This document shows positions 1 through 11,307 of a stretch of DNA of 17,864 bases, in pieces; position 1 is the first letter of the stretch, and every line of letters begins with the position of its first letter. The stretch is from Candidatus Krumholzibacteriota bacterium. GTDB taxonomy: Bacteria; Krumholzibacteriota; Krumholzibacteriia; LZORAL124-64-63. The stretch lies in contig JBDLKA010000078.1 in the NCBI GenBank assembly GCA_039714075.1, positions 1 to 17,864 on the forward strand, in the 5' to 3' direction. The notes under the pieces were generated by a model. The model did not search any database, was not told the DNA's origin, and saw only the letters and a program-made list of their open reading frames with translations. The position numbers and the translations under genes were made by a program.

Positions 1-378
1 GGCCGCGGCAGCGGCCTCGCGGGCGGCCTTGGCTTCCTCGCGCTTGGCCTTGTTGGCCTCAGCGCTCGCGCGCCATTCATTCACCTTGGTGTCGATCTCG
101 GCGGCGTCCAGTCCCTGCTTGACCAGGGAATACCGGTAGAGGATGCCTTCGGTCCTGAGCAGGCTCCGGGCGGTTTCGCTCACGGTGGCGCCCTTGCTCA
201 GCCACTCGATGATCTCGTCGGAGTGAATGTTGATTTCATGGGGTTCGGTGAACGGGTTGTAGAAACCCAGGTTCGCCAGATAGGCGCCGTCGCGCCGCTT
301 GCGGCTGTCCAGGACCACCAACCGGTAGAAAGGCCTTTTCTTGCGGCCCATTCGGGTCAATCTGATTGTCGTCGCCAC
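1..378 (-). CDS. rpsP: 30S ribosomal protein S16 with Ala/Glu/Lys-rich C-terminal extension (3' end runs off the window)
   Basis: Manual translation from GTG at 378, with GGAGG 6 nt upstream: MATTIRLTRMGRKKRPFYRLVVLDSRKRRDGAYLANLGFYNP...WLSKGATVSETARSLL. This is the S16 signature. Position directly after ffh is the usual synteny. Not in the ORF track. Confidence 0.97.
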   Translation of the reverse strand, partial: MATTIRLTRMGRKKRPFYRLVVLDSRKRRDGAYLANLGFYNPFTEPHEINIHSDEIIEWLSKGATVSETARSLLRTEGILYRYSLVKQGLDAAEIDTKVNEWRASAEANKAKREEAKAAREAAAAA

Positions 379-441
379 TATCAACCTCCGCTTCGTGTGG
401 TGTCGCGACACGCACCATGCGCGCCGCGTGCAATGATCAAG

Positions 442-1788
<1,347 letters not shown>

Positions 1789-1964
1789 AATCCGCTCCGG
1801 GCCGGGTATATCCGACCAAACAAACACACACAGGCGCACCGAACCGACAGGCGGAAATCAATCATCCGGCCCACCGGTTCGAAGGCGCAGTCTGTTGGAC
1901 TACATCAAGTTGCGGAATTCCTGGACCATTCCTGGCCCGATCAACGGTTTTCCGCAGGAGAAGC

Positions 1965-1993
1965 AATCTAACATTTTGTCTTCAAATTAGCAA
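1965..1993 (-). promoter_or_regulatory. Putative sigma70 promoter for ffh-rpsP
   Basis: Minus strand reads TTGCTA (1993-1988), 17 nt, TAGATT (1970-1965), with a TGn extended -10, in an AT-rich patch. Confidence 0.6.
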
Positions 1994-2035
1994 GTAATAG
2001 CGGGTTGGAGGGGTTGCCGGGCCTTGCCGGCCCCC

Positions 2036-2072
2036 GGTCATTAGGACTGGTCAGTAGGACTGGTCAGTAGGA
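2036..2072. repeat. 13-bp tandem repeat, about 2.8 copies, overlapping the stop codon of the GT-C-like gene
   Basis: ggtcattaggact (2036-2048), ggtcagtaggact (2049-2061), ggtcagtagga (2062-2072). Confidence 0.9.
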
Positions 2073-4114
2073 AATGAAATACAGGTCCGCCTGGACCGGC
2101 TGATGGTTGAAAAAGGCCTGCCCTTCGGGATAGTAGTCCACGAATTCGGCGGACTCACCGGTGGACTTGTTCCAAAGCAGACCGAAGGGCCGGGTTCCTT
2201 CCGGGTGGCCCGAAATAACGACCAGGAGTTTCTTGCCTGCGGTATCGGGCACCGGTTCGAACGAAAACAGGATTTTCTGGGTCGCCTGGTTCAGGGTGAC
2301 GTTCAAGTCGAGACGCCGCAAAAGCCGGGGTTTCCCGAACCCCACCTTTTCAAAAATGGTCATGACCGGTGATATGCGATAGGGAAACGGGCCCGGTGCC
2401 TTGAACATCAAGGCCAGGCCCCCGAGATCGAAATCATCGACCTTGAAGGACTGGGCCACGGCCACGCCGGGACCGAGGGCCGGACTGGCGCTGTTCTTCT
2501 TCTCCTGGGCGGCACCCGGCAGGCGGGCCTCGATCTTTCGGCCCGGAGACCCTGCTCCGGTTTCCGGGGCGCGAACGGCGGTTTGATACCTCTCATATTC
2601 GGTGGCGTACTCGTTTGCCAGGAGGTAATGCCGCCGCAGATAGGACCACAAGGTCGGGGCCAGCCCCTGGATGTGGGTCACGCCGGCCACCAACCCCCGC
2701 CCGAGGCCCAGGATCGCCACGGGCGGCTTGTGTTCCTCGAGGTCGGCGATGACCGTGGCGGGGCTCCTCACCTCTGCTCCGAGCAAAGTGGCCTGTGCCG
2801 TCGGCAACGGCGCCCCCAGCACGAATTGCAGCCCTGGCTGGGCCGGCCAGACCAGGACGGGGGATCTTCCGTCCCAGTCCAACTCCGAACAAAGGGATTC
2901 CAACTTCATGGCCCGGTTTTTTTCCAGGTGAACATCAGCGGCCGGACGCTCCCACCGCACCAGCCCCGGTCGGCCCAGGTGGGTGGCCAGCCAGACCTGT
3001 TCGCCGAACAAGGGTCCTATCACCACCAGACAAAAGAGAGCCGCCAGCGCGCCCCGCACCACCCTTCCACCCGGTGCGCGTGCAATCAACAAGGGTACCG
3101 CCAACAAGGTCCCGAACCAGACCAGCCGCAGGTGAAAAACATCCCCACGGGCCAGCAGCGTCACCCAACCCGCCAGGACCAACGCCAGCAGGGGGCCCTG
3201 CCGCGCGTCGGCGGACCGGCGCAACGACCACAGGAAGGCCGGGGGAATCAGCCAGACCAGAATGAACATGGCTCGGAATCCCAAGGCCCGCAAAGAACCG
3301 TGGCCAGGCCAGGCGGGGGCCAGGTCTTCCCCGGTGAAATGACCTGAGAACGGGTCGTCCAGGAGGGAATCATGCAGGAAACTCTCGTACCAGGAAACCC
3401 CCATGGCGTCCCCGAACCGGGTCACCGGGTAGACGACGGTATCCCAGAAGGCCGCACCCAGGACACCCGACACCAGGCAGACCAGGGTCGCGGTTCCCAG
3501 CACGACCACCAGACCGACGGCAATGCCGGCGGCCGGCAAGGTGGGCCGCACCTTGCCACGCTCGACCCTGCGCCGGAAAACAATCCATCCCACCAGGAGA
3601 ATGGCCGCCCCGTAGCCGGCCATGTCCAGGCCGAAAAGGCAAAGCCCTCCCCAGGCCAGGCCCAAGGCCGCCGCCCAACGCGAAGTCACCGGTCTGACGA
3701 GAATCCAGCCGACAAACGCGGCGAAGAGGGCAGCCGCCAGATAGCGGGGATGAACCGGGCCGATGGCCACCACGCCCAGAGGCACCAGCCAGGCCCAGGC
3801 GCCCGCTCCCAGCCGGCGGGTGTACAGGTAGCCGAACAGGGAGGCCGACCCGTCAAGCAGGGCCTTGAAAACCGCCAGGGCCAGGGCGCTCTTGCCCAGG
3901 ATCAGGAAAAAGGGCATCAGCAGGAAATAACGGGCGGGGCCGTAGATCGAAAAAACATCCCCGTACAGGGTGCCGCCTTCGGCCAGGATGCGGGTCCCCA
4001 GAAGCCACAACCCGTCATCCAGGAGATTGAATCCCTGCCGGTGAACGGACATCCCCACCAGGAAAGGCAGCAGGAAGGTGGCGGAAACCGGAAGAGACCC
4101 TTTCCACCCGGTTC

Positions 4115-4118
<4 letters not shown>
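2064..4118 (-). CDS. Polytopic membrane protein, probable GT-C-fold (ArnT/PMT-like) glycosyltransferase with a soluble C-terminal region
   Basis: 684 aa with many hydrophobic segments in the N-terminal ~375 aa. The first loop DDGLWLLGTRILAEGGTLYGDVFSIYGP resembles the acidic loop of GT-C enzymes. ATG overlaps the rpe stop (ATGA). Function is inferred. Confidence 0.65.
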
Positions 4119-4769
<651 letters not shown>

Positions 4770-4795
<26 letters not shown>

Positions 4796-5495
4796 GGCGC
4801 TCTCCTTTGCTGATCCTTTCGCCCGCGGGCGGATGCTGGGACAAAACCATGTTGGGAGCCGAGCGGGAGGTTCGTTCATAGGTCACCGGACCCAGGATGA
4901 ATCCGGCGTCCGATATGGCCTGCCGGGCCTTGTAAAGAGGCATGCCCTTGAGGTCCGGCATCCGCAACAGGGCGGCGGCGGCAGGTTGGGCAACCACCAG
5001 ATCAACGACCGCGCCCTTGTAAATGTCGGTCCCCGCCACGGGATTCTGGTAGGCCACCACCGGTTCGGTGACCCCGTGCCGGCGCACCTTCAGCACGCGT
5101 CCCAAACGGAAGTTCTCCCTCTGCAGGGTAATTTCCGCCTGCCTTTGGCTCAGCCCGGTCAGGTCGGGCAGGGAGCCTTCGGGAGGTCCGCTGCTGGTCA
5201 CGACCCGCACGGTGCGCCCGCCCCTGACCTGCGCTTCGGGAGCGGGGATCTGGTCCAGGATCATTCCTTCGGGAATGGATGGGTGGGCGCGCTGCCGGGC
5301 GACATCCACCTCCAGGTGCAGGCTCCGCAGCTGCGTTTCCGCGCCGGTGACGGTCATGCCCCTGACATCGGGCATGGTCACGACCTTGTTGCTGTGGACC
5401 AGGGAAGGCAGCACCAGAAAATTCACCAGCAGCAGAAGCACACCCCCGCCCACGACCAGGGAGGCAAACAGCAGCAGGAGCTTCCACAACTTCAC
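4770..5495 (-). CDS. Membrane-anchored protein with three PASTA domains and no kinase domain
   Basis: N-terminal TM helix, then three ~65-aa repeats starting MPDVRGMT, LPDLTGLS and MPDLKGMP, each with a Q-x-P-x-x motif (DQIPAPE, YQNPVAG, SQHPPAG). Confidence 0.92.
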
Positions 5496-5499
5496 GGGG

Positions 5500-6879
5500 T
5501 CATCCCTTCTTTCTCAGCCGCGCGGCGAAGAACCCGTCGCCCCGCAGGTCACCGGGCATCCAGGTACGCCGCCATCTTCCGGCGTCGTCGGGAGCGGGTT
5601 CCAGATCGTCGCGCCGTGCCAACAGGTGGTCGACGACATCTTCGTTTTCCTCCGGCTCCAGGGAGCAGGTGGCGTACATCAATAGCCCGCCCGGGGCCAG
5701 CAGGTCGGCCGCCCGGCCGGCCAGTTCCCGCAGGACGGCGCCCTTGTGGGCCGGCACCCCGGCCTTGAGCTTCCAGCGCCCCTCCGGATGATGCCGCAGG
5801 ACCCCGGTCCCGCTGCAGGGCCCGTCCAGCAGCACCGCACCGAAGGTACCGGGGCCGAACGGAGGTCTTCTCCCATCCGCTAATAACACGTCCACCCTGT
5901 CCGTCTCAATCCTTTTCACGGTGGAGGTCAACAAACGGATCCGCCCGGGACGGTTGTCCATGGCGACGATTCTGCAGATCCCGGGCCAGGAGGCCGCCAG
6001 AAACGCCGTTTTGCCGCCCGGCGCGGCGCACATGTCCAACACGGGAAAATCCCCGCCTGCGGATTCATCCGCAGGCCGCCCGGCCAACCAGGCGGTGGCG
6101 GCCTGGACCGTTGGATCCTGCACGATCAACCACGGATTTTGCCCCAGGATCTCGTCCAGCCGGGCACGCCCGATCCGTTCCGCGGACACCAGCACCCTTT
6201 CCCGCGGCCTGTCACTGATCCGGCAGCCCGCCTCCGCGAGGATCGCAACCGCTTTTTCGGGATCCATCGGGGCCAGGACATGGAATACCAGGGGCACGGG
6301 ACGATTGTTCCAGGAACAGACGGCCTCGGCCGTTTCCCACCCGTACGCGGCGATCCATTTCCTGACCAGCCACAGGGGATGTGACTGCCAGGCGGCCAAC
6401 CGGGCCGCGCGATCGGTGATGGTCTCCTCGAAAATCCGGCGCAAGCGGTTTTCCCGTTCCGCGGCAGAAGTTTTTTCGTCCTGGCGGTCGGGCATCACCT
6501 GGCGTTTCACGTTCCGCAGCAGTCCGTTGATGAACGGCACCTTGCGGGCGCCCGGCCGGCGACGGCAAAGCTCTCCGGCCTGGTGGATGGCCGCAAAGGC
6601 GGGTACGGAATCCAGGCCCAGCATCTGGTGGAGGGACAGGCGCAGCAGGCACAGGGTCGGTGAATCGGTAGGAGGTTTCCGGCTTGCGAAATGCCGGATG
6701 AGATGATCGTACCGCCCCTGCCATTGCAGGGTGCCCCGCACCAGTTCGGCCAGGAAGGCGCGGTCCCGGGGATCGGCCAGGTTATTCAACCGGGGCGCCA
6801 GTTCCTGATCCAGGGACCGCCCCTGGTCCACGGCCATCAGGACATCATGGGCCCGCAACCGCACCGGGTCGGCTTTCAT
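5500..6879 (-). CDS. rsmB: 16S rRNA m5C967 methyltransferase RsmB/Sun with NusB-like N-terminal domain
   Basis: Motifs ELVRGTL, FINGLLR, SHPLWLV, IVQD, DMCAAPGGKT, DGPCSGTG, YATCS, DGFF. ATG at 6879 overlaps the fmt stop (ATGA). def-fmt-rsmB synteny. Confidence 0.93.
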   Translation of the reverse strand: MKADPVRLRAHDVLMAVDQGRSLDQELAPRLNNLADPRDRAFLAELVRGTLQWQGRYDHLIRHFASRKPPTDSPTLCLLRLSLHQMLGLDSVPAFAAIHQAGELCRRRPGARKVPFINGLLRNVKRQVMPDRQDEKTSAAERENRLRRIFEETITDRAARLAAWQSHPLWLVRKWIAAYGWETAEAVCSWNNRPVPLVFHVLAPMDPEKAVAILAEAGCRISDRPRERVLVSAERIGRARLDEILGQNPWLIVQDPTVQAATAWLAGRPADESAGGDFPVLDMCAAPGGKTAFLAASWPGICRIVAMDNRPGRIRLLTSTVKRIETDRVDVLLADGRRPPFGPGTFGAVLLDGPCSGTGVLRHHPEGRWKLKAGVPAHKGAVLRELAGRAADLLAPGGLLMYATCSLEPEENEDVVDHLLARRDDLEPAPDDAGRWRRTWMPGDLRGDGFFAARLRKKG

Positions 6880-7811
6880 GAGCGCAGGACATCCCCGGCG
6901 ACGATTTTGAAACCGCGCAGGAACTCGTCCACACGCAGGGATTTGCGACCGGGACATTGCAGGCCGGTCAACAGCAGCGAGCCTTCCCCGCAGGCCACGA
7001 TCACACCCTCGGCCCCCACGTCCAGAACGGTCCCCGGAGCCTGGTCGCGACTGTTGAAGGACATGGGCCGCGCCTGGGTGATCTTGAGCGGCTTTTCACC
7101 CAGGTAGGTGATGGTGCCCGGCCAGGGAATGAGGGAACGGATCTGGTTGTGGACCGTGACCACGTCGCGGTCCCAGCGCACGGCCGACAGCGCCTTGGTC
7201 AGCTTGGGCGCGTAGACGGCGCCTTCGGTGCTCTGGGAAACCTGCTCGATCCTGCCGTTCTGCAGTCCCCGCAGGGTGTGGATCAGCAGATCGGCTCCCT
7301 GTCCGGCCAGTCGGTCCAGCAGTTCCCCACCCGTGTCCTCCGGACCGATGGCCACCGCCCGCTGGGCCAGGATGGGACCGGTGTCCACCCCCGCATCCAT
7401 CTGCATGATGGTCACGCCGGACCAGGTGTCGCCGTGGAGTATGGAATACTGGACCGGCGACACGCCCCGCCAACGGGGCAGCAGGCTCGCGTGGACGTTG
7501 ATGCAGCCGAAGGGCGGAGTGCTCAACAAAGGTTCGCGCAGGATGTGCCCGAAAGCGGCCACCACCACGGCGTCCGGTTCGAGGGCCATGACCTCGGCGC
7601 TGACGGCCTTGCCCTGCCCTTTGCGGAAATCGATGACCGGAAGATTATGTTCCTGGGCGCAGGCTTTCACCGCGGTCGGAAGCATCTTGCGGCCCCGTCC
7701 GGCGGGCCGGTCCGGCTGGGTTACGACCAGTTGGACCTCGAAGCGGGCTTCGATCAGGGCTTCCAGGCTGGGCACCGCGAAATCCGGTGACCCCATGAAT
7801 ACGATCTTCAT
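6876..7811 (-). CDS. fmt: Methionyl-tRNA formyltransferase
   Basis: MKIVFMGSPDFAV, VVTQPDRPAGRG, INVHASLLPRWRG, MDAGVDTGPI. ATG at 7811 overlaps the def stop (TGATG). Confidence 0.98.
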   Translation of the reverse strand: MKIVFMGSPDFAVPSLEALIEARFEVQLVVTQPDRPAGRGRKMLPTAVKACAQEHNLPVIDFRKGQGKAVSAEVMALEPDAVVVAAFGHILREPLLSTPPFGCINVHASLLPRWRGVSPVQYSILHGDTWSGVTIMQMDAGVDTGPILAQRAVAIGPEDTGGELLDRLAGQGADLLIHTLRGLQNGRIEQVSQSTEGAVYAPKLTKALSAVRWDRDVVTVHNQIRSLIPWPGTITYLGEKPLKITQARPMSFNSRDQAPGTVLDVGAEGVIVACGEGSLLLTGLQCPGRKSLRVDEFLRGFKIVAGDVLRS

Positions 7812-8359
7812 CAGCCGACCCTTTCCTGGCCAGAAATCTTGCGCCAAACCTCGGACACGACATACGCCACGAGCCGCGGCAACAACAGGATGCGCCGCCG
7901 GACCGGCAGGTGGTCGATGAACAGGACCCCGTCAAGATGGTCGATCTCGTGCTGCATGATACGGGCCGCCAGGGCATCGCTGCGCAGGATCCGTTTTCCC
8001 TGCGGACCGTCGAACTCGACCTCCACGCCCCGGGGGCGCCACACCCTGGTATACAACCCGGGAAAGGAAAGGCAGCCCTCCTCGAAGGGAACCCGGGGGC
8101 CGAAGGTCTCGCGAACGACCGGGTTCACCAGTTCGATTCTCCGCGCTTCCCCTTGTTCTTCCGGATCGACGACGACGGCCACCCGCTCGGCGCGGCCTAT
8201 CTGCGGCGCGGCCAGGCCGACCCCGCCATCAGCCATCAGCGTCGTCCACAACAACTCCAGCAGCTCGGCGGTCCGCGGATCCGCCGGGTCCACCGGACGC
8301 GCCCTGCGGCGCAGACAACCGTGCCCGTAGCGGCGAATCCTTGCCGCCCGAACGTTCAT
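7811..8359 (-). CDS. def: Peptide deformylase
   Basis: All three PDF motifs present: GVGLAAPQIG, EGCLS, QHEIDHLDG. Confidence 0.97.
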   Translation of the reverse strand: MNVRAARIRRYGHGCLRRRARPVDPADPRTAELLELLWTTLMADGGVGLAAPQIGRAERVAVVVDPEEQGEARRIELVNPVVRETFGPRVPFEEGCLSFPGLYTRVWRPRGVEVEFDGPQGKRILRSDALAARIMQHEIDHLDGVLFIDHLPVRRRILLLPRLVAYVVSEVWRKISGQERVG

Positions 8360-8362
8360 GGC

Positions 8363-8686
8363 CTACTGGCTTTCTTCAACCACGCCGTTGATGGCCGACT
8401 TGGCGATCTCGACCTTGACGCCTTCGGCGATGGTGGCCACGACCAGATCCTGTTTGACATCCTTCACGGTGGCGAACAGTCCGCCGCTGGTGATGATCCG
8501 GTCACCGCGCTTGACGGCGGCGATCATGGTCTTGCGCTGGTCCTGCTGCTTTTTCTGCGGCCGGATGATCATGAACCAGAAAACGATGAAGATCAGGATC
8601 AGGGGCAGGAAGCTGAGAAAGGAACTGGCACCGCCTTCGCCGCCTGCGTTGGGGGAAGCCATGGCCAGCAAGTTCATCAAAGGCAT
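8363..8686 (-). CDS. yajC: Preprotein translocase subunit YajC
   Basis: TM helix followed by IIRPQKKQQ...GDRIITSGGLFATV...KSAI. ATG at 8686 after GAGGAG. Follows tgt. Confidence 0.96.
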   Translation of the reverse strand: MPLMNLLAMASPNAGGEGGASSFLSFLPLILIFIVFWFMIIRPQKKQQDQRKTMIAAVKRGDRIITSGGLFATVKDVKQDLVVATIAEGVKVEIAKSAINGVVEESQ

Positions 8687-8765
8687 GAACGTCTCCTCGC
8701 TATTCGGGTTGGGAAGGGCCCGAAACCGCCAGCAGCGGCCGGGAATCGTCAAAGCTCGCCCCTAC

Positions 8766-8794
8766 AAAATGGTCCCCCGGTCCGGTGCGGTCAA
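8766..8794 (-). promoter_or_regulatory. Possible internal sigma70 promoter upstream of yajC
   Basis: Minus strand reads TTGACC (8794-8789), 17 nt, CATTTT (8771-8766). The -10 match is weak. Confidence 0.35.
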
Positions 8795-8871
8795 CTTTGG
8801 AACCGTCCGGTCGGGAATCCCACCCGTGGAGCGGGTCTGCGGGGGTGGCGCAGACCGCCGGACCGCAGGGT

Positions 8872-10065
8872 CTAGCGGGGTCCGTGGATCCGGTCCAGGC
8901 GCGCCTTTTCCCCCTCCAGCCAGCGGGCGGACATCCGGGCGGCGTAGGCGGGGTAGCGTCCTTCGCTAATGGCCGACCTGATTCCCGCCATCAGCTCCTG
9001 GTAGAAATGGAGATTGTGGATGGTCGCCAGGGTGCTGGCCAGAATCTCCCGGGCCTGGAATAGGTGGCGGACATAGGCCCGGCTGTGGCGGGCGCAGACC
9101 GGGCAGCCGCACTCCGCGTCGATGGGCCGGGAATCCTCGGCGAATTCCTGGTTCTTGATGACCAGCCGGCCGTCGCGGGTCAGCACCGTTCCGGTGCGGG
9201 CCATCCGGGTCGGCAGCACGCAGTCGAACATGTCGACGCCCGCGAGGACCGAGGCCAGGATGTCGTCGGGAAAACCGACACCCATCAGGTAGCGGGGCCG
9301 GTCGTCCGGCAGCAGTCCCGCGGCCAGATCGGTCATCTCGCGCATGGCTGTCGTCGGCTCCCCCACCGACAGGCCGCCGATGGCGTAACCGGGCAGGTCC
9401 AGCTCCACGATTTCGGCGGCCGACCGGCGCCTCAGTTCCTCGTCGACGCCCCCCTGCATGATCCCGAACAGGACCCGCTCCCAACCGTCACGATAGGCGC
9501 GGCCCCCGAAGACGTCGCGGCACCGCTTGAGCCAGCGGGTGGTGCGGTCCACGGCCGCGGCCACCTCGCGGGGTTCGGCCCCGTAGGCGGCACACTGGTC
9601 GAAGGCCATGACGATGTCCGACCCCAGGGCCAGCTGCACCTCCATGCTCAGTTCGGGATTGAAAAAATGTTTGCTGCCGTCCAGGTGGGACCGGAATTCG
9701 ACGCCGTCCTCGGTGATGCGGTTCAGTTCGTTGAGGGAAAACACCTGGAAGCCGGCGCTGTCCGTCAACAGGGCGCCGTCCCAGCCCTGGAACCTGTGGA
9801 GCCCTCCCTGGCGACCGATCAGTTCGTGGCCGGGACGCAGGTAAAGATGGTAGGTGTTGCCCAGGATCAACCTGGCGCCGGTGTCCCAGACCTGTTCGAA
9901 GGTGACGGCCTTGACCGACCCCACGGTGCCCACCGGCATGAAAACCGGAGTCTCCACCATCCCGTGCCCGGTGGTCAGCAACCCCGTGCGGGCTGCGCAG
10001 TCGTCCGCCCGGCCGGTGACCGTGAACCCGAACGGAGTATCGAGGGCCTGTTGATTATCGGTCAC
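8872..10065 (-). CDS. tgt: Queuine tRNA-ribosyltransferase (tRNA-guanine transglycosylase)
   Basis: [57 protein letters not shown], zinc site CGCPVC...HNL. Start set at GTG 10065, just after the queA stop. Confidence 0.98.
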   Translation of the reverse strand: MTDNQQALDTPFGFTVTGRADDCAARTGLLTTGHGMVETPVFMPVGTVGSVKAVTFEQVWDTGARLILGNTYHLYLRPGHELIGRQGGLHRFQGWDGALLTDSAGFQVFSLNELNRITEDGVEFRSHLDGSKHFFNPELSMEVQLALGSDIVMAFDQCAAYGAEPREVAAAVDRTTRWLKRCRDVFGGRAYRDGWERVLFGIMQGGVDEELRRRSAAEIVELDLPGYAIGGLSVGEPTTAMREMTDLAAGLLPDDRPRYLMGVGFPDDILASVLAGVDMFDCVLPTRMARTGTVLTRDGRLVIKNQEFAEDSRPIDAECGCPVCARHSRAYVRHLFQAREILASTLATIHNLHFYQELMAGIRSAISEGRYPAYAARMSARWLEGEKARLDRIHGPR

Positions 10066-10069
10066 GATT

Positions 10070-11293
10070 TCAAGATCCCTTCCGCCCGGACAAGCCGGGC
10101 AGGATGAGCATGCAATCCCCGTAACTGTAGAAACGCATCCGCTGCGCCACGGCGTGGGCGTAGACTGCGGGCCAGGTCGTTTCACCGGCGACGGAGGCCA
10201 CGAGCATCAGCAGCGACGAACCGGGCAGATGAAAGTTGGTCAGCAACCCGTCCACCGCGGTGACCCTGTCGGGTGGGCGCAGGAACAGGCGCGTCTGGCC
10301 GGAGACTTCCCAGTGTCCGTCGCGGCGTGCGGCTTCACCACGGAATTCGGCCTGCTCATCCGGCTTCCCTTCATCCCTGTTCCCGGATCCGAATACAAGT
10401 CGATCCGGTCCCCCTTCAGGCAGATCCAGGCGCGCGGCCGTTTCGAGGACCCGCAACGAGGTCGTGCCCACGGCGATGACGCGGCCACCGGCCCGGCGAG
10501 CCGCGGCGATCCGGGCGGAAACAGCGGCCGGGAGATGAAAAAACTCCCGGTGCAGCCGCCGGGCGGCCAGTTGTTCTTCACTGGGCGCGCGAAAGGTGCC
10601 CGGACCGACGTGAAGGGAGACTCGCGTCGTCTGGACACCTTTGGCGGCCAGCGCCTCCAGGGTGGCCGCGGAAAAATGCAGCCCCGCCGTGGGTGCGGCC
10701 ACCGAACCGGCCCCGCCTTCGTCCCGGGAGGCAAAAACGGTCTGGTACCTTTTCGTGTCCCGCCGGCCCCGCTCACCGTCGAAATCCCCGGGATCGCGTC
10801 GGATGTAGGGAGGCAACGGCATGACCCCCCACTTTTCCGCCAGGGCGCCGGGATCGATCGTTCCGGTGACCAGGACCTGGCCCTGGTCCAGGCGCCCGGT
10901 GATCTCCAGCACCGGTCTTGGTCCCGCGGTATCCCCGCCGCTGTCCTCGACAACCAGCCGGATGCCCGCGCGCAGACGCCGCTGGGGTTTGGCCAGGGCC
11001 AGCCAGGTCCGCTCGGCGGCCACCGGCCGGACCAGCAGGATCTCCACCTGGCCGCCGGTATCCTCCCGCACGGTCAACAGGCGGGCAGGCAGAACCCGGC
11101 TTTCGTTGAGGACCAGCAGATCGTCCCGGCCCAGGATCCCGGGCAGGTCCCGGAATACTTTTTCGGCCGCCACCCCCTGTCCGGGCTCGACCAGAAGCAG
11201 GCGGGAATCACCCCGGCGCCGCGGGGGATCCTGGGCGATCAATTCCTCCGGAAGTTCATAGTCATACGATCCGGCGGCCAAGGGGTCGGTCAT
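10070..11293 (-). CDS. queA: S-adenosylmethionine:tRNA ribosyltransferase-isomerase
   Basis: [73 protein letters not shown]. Confidence 0.97.
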   Translation of the reverse strand: MTDPLAAGSYDYELPEELIAQDPPRRRGDSRLLLVEPGQGVAAEKVFRDLPGILGRDDLLVLNESRVLPARLLTVREDTGGQVEILLVRPVAAERTWLALAKPQRRLRAGIRLVVEDSGGDTAGPRPVLEITGRLDQGQVLVTGTIDPGALAEKWGVMPLPPYIRRDPGDFDGERGRRDTKRYQTVFASRDEGGAGSVAAPTAGLHFSAATLEALAAKGVQTTRVSLHVGPGTFRAPSEEQLAARRLHREFFHLPAAVSARIAAARRAGGRVIAVGTTSLRVLETAARLDLPEGGPDRLVFGSGNRDEGKPDEQAEFRGEAARRDGHWEVSGQTRLFLRPPDRVTAVDGLLTNFHLPGSSLLMLVASVAGETTWPAVYAHAVAQRMRFYSYGDCMLILPGLSGRKGS

Positions 11294-11307
11294 GGCAACA
11301 GGCCCCG

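Noticed and set aside
398..417. Palindrome GTGTCGCGACAC between ffh and rpsP
   Set aside because: Short GC-rich dyad with no terminator features or other support.
1800..1960. Possible SRP RNA gene (ffs) next to ffh
   Set aside because: A GGAA-capped hairpin exists, but the conserved CAGG...GNRA...AGCAG domain IV pattern is absent on both strands. Kept only as a structured leader.
2010..2035. GC hairpin after the GT-C-like gene as an intrinsic terminator
   Set aside because: The stem is bulged and has no U-tract on the minus strand.
2036..2072. Mini CRISPR array
   Set aside because: Units are 13 bp and contiguous, with no spacers and no cas genes.
8834..8856. Hairpin after tgt as a terminator or preQ1 riboswitch
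   Set aside because: No U-tract, it lies downstream of queA-tgt, and it lacks the preQ1 aptamer pattern.
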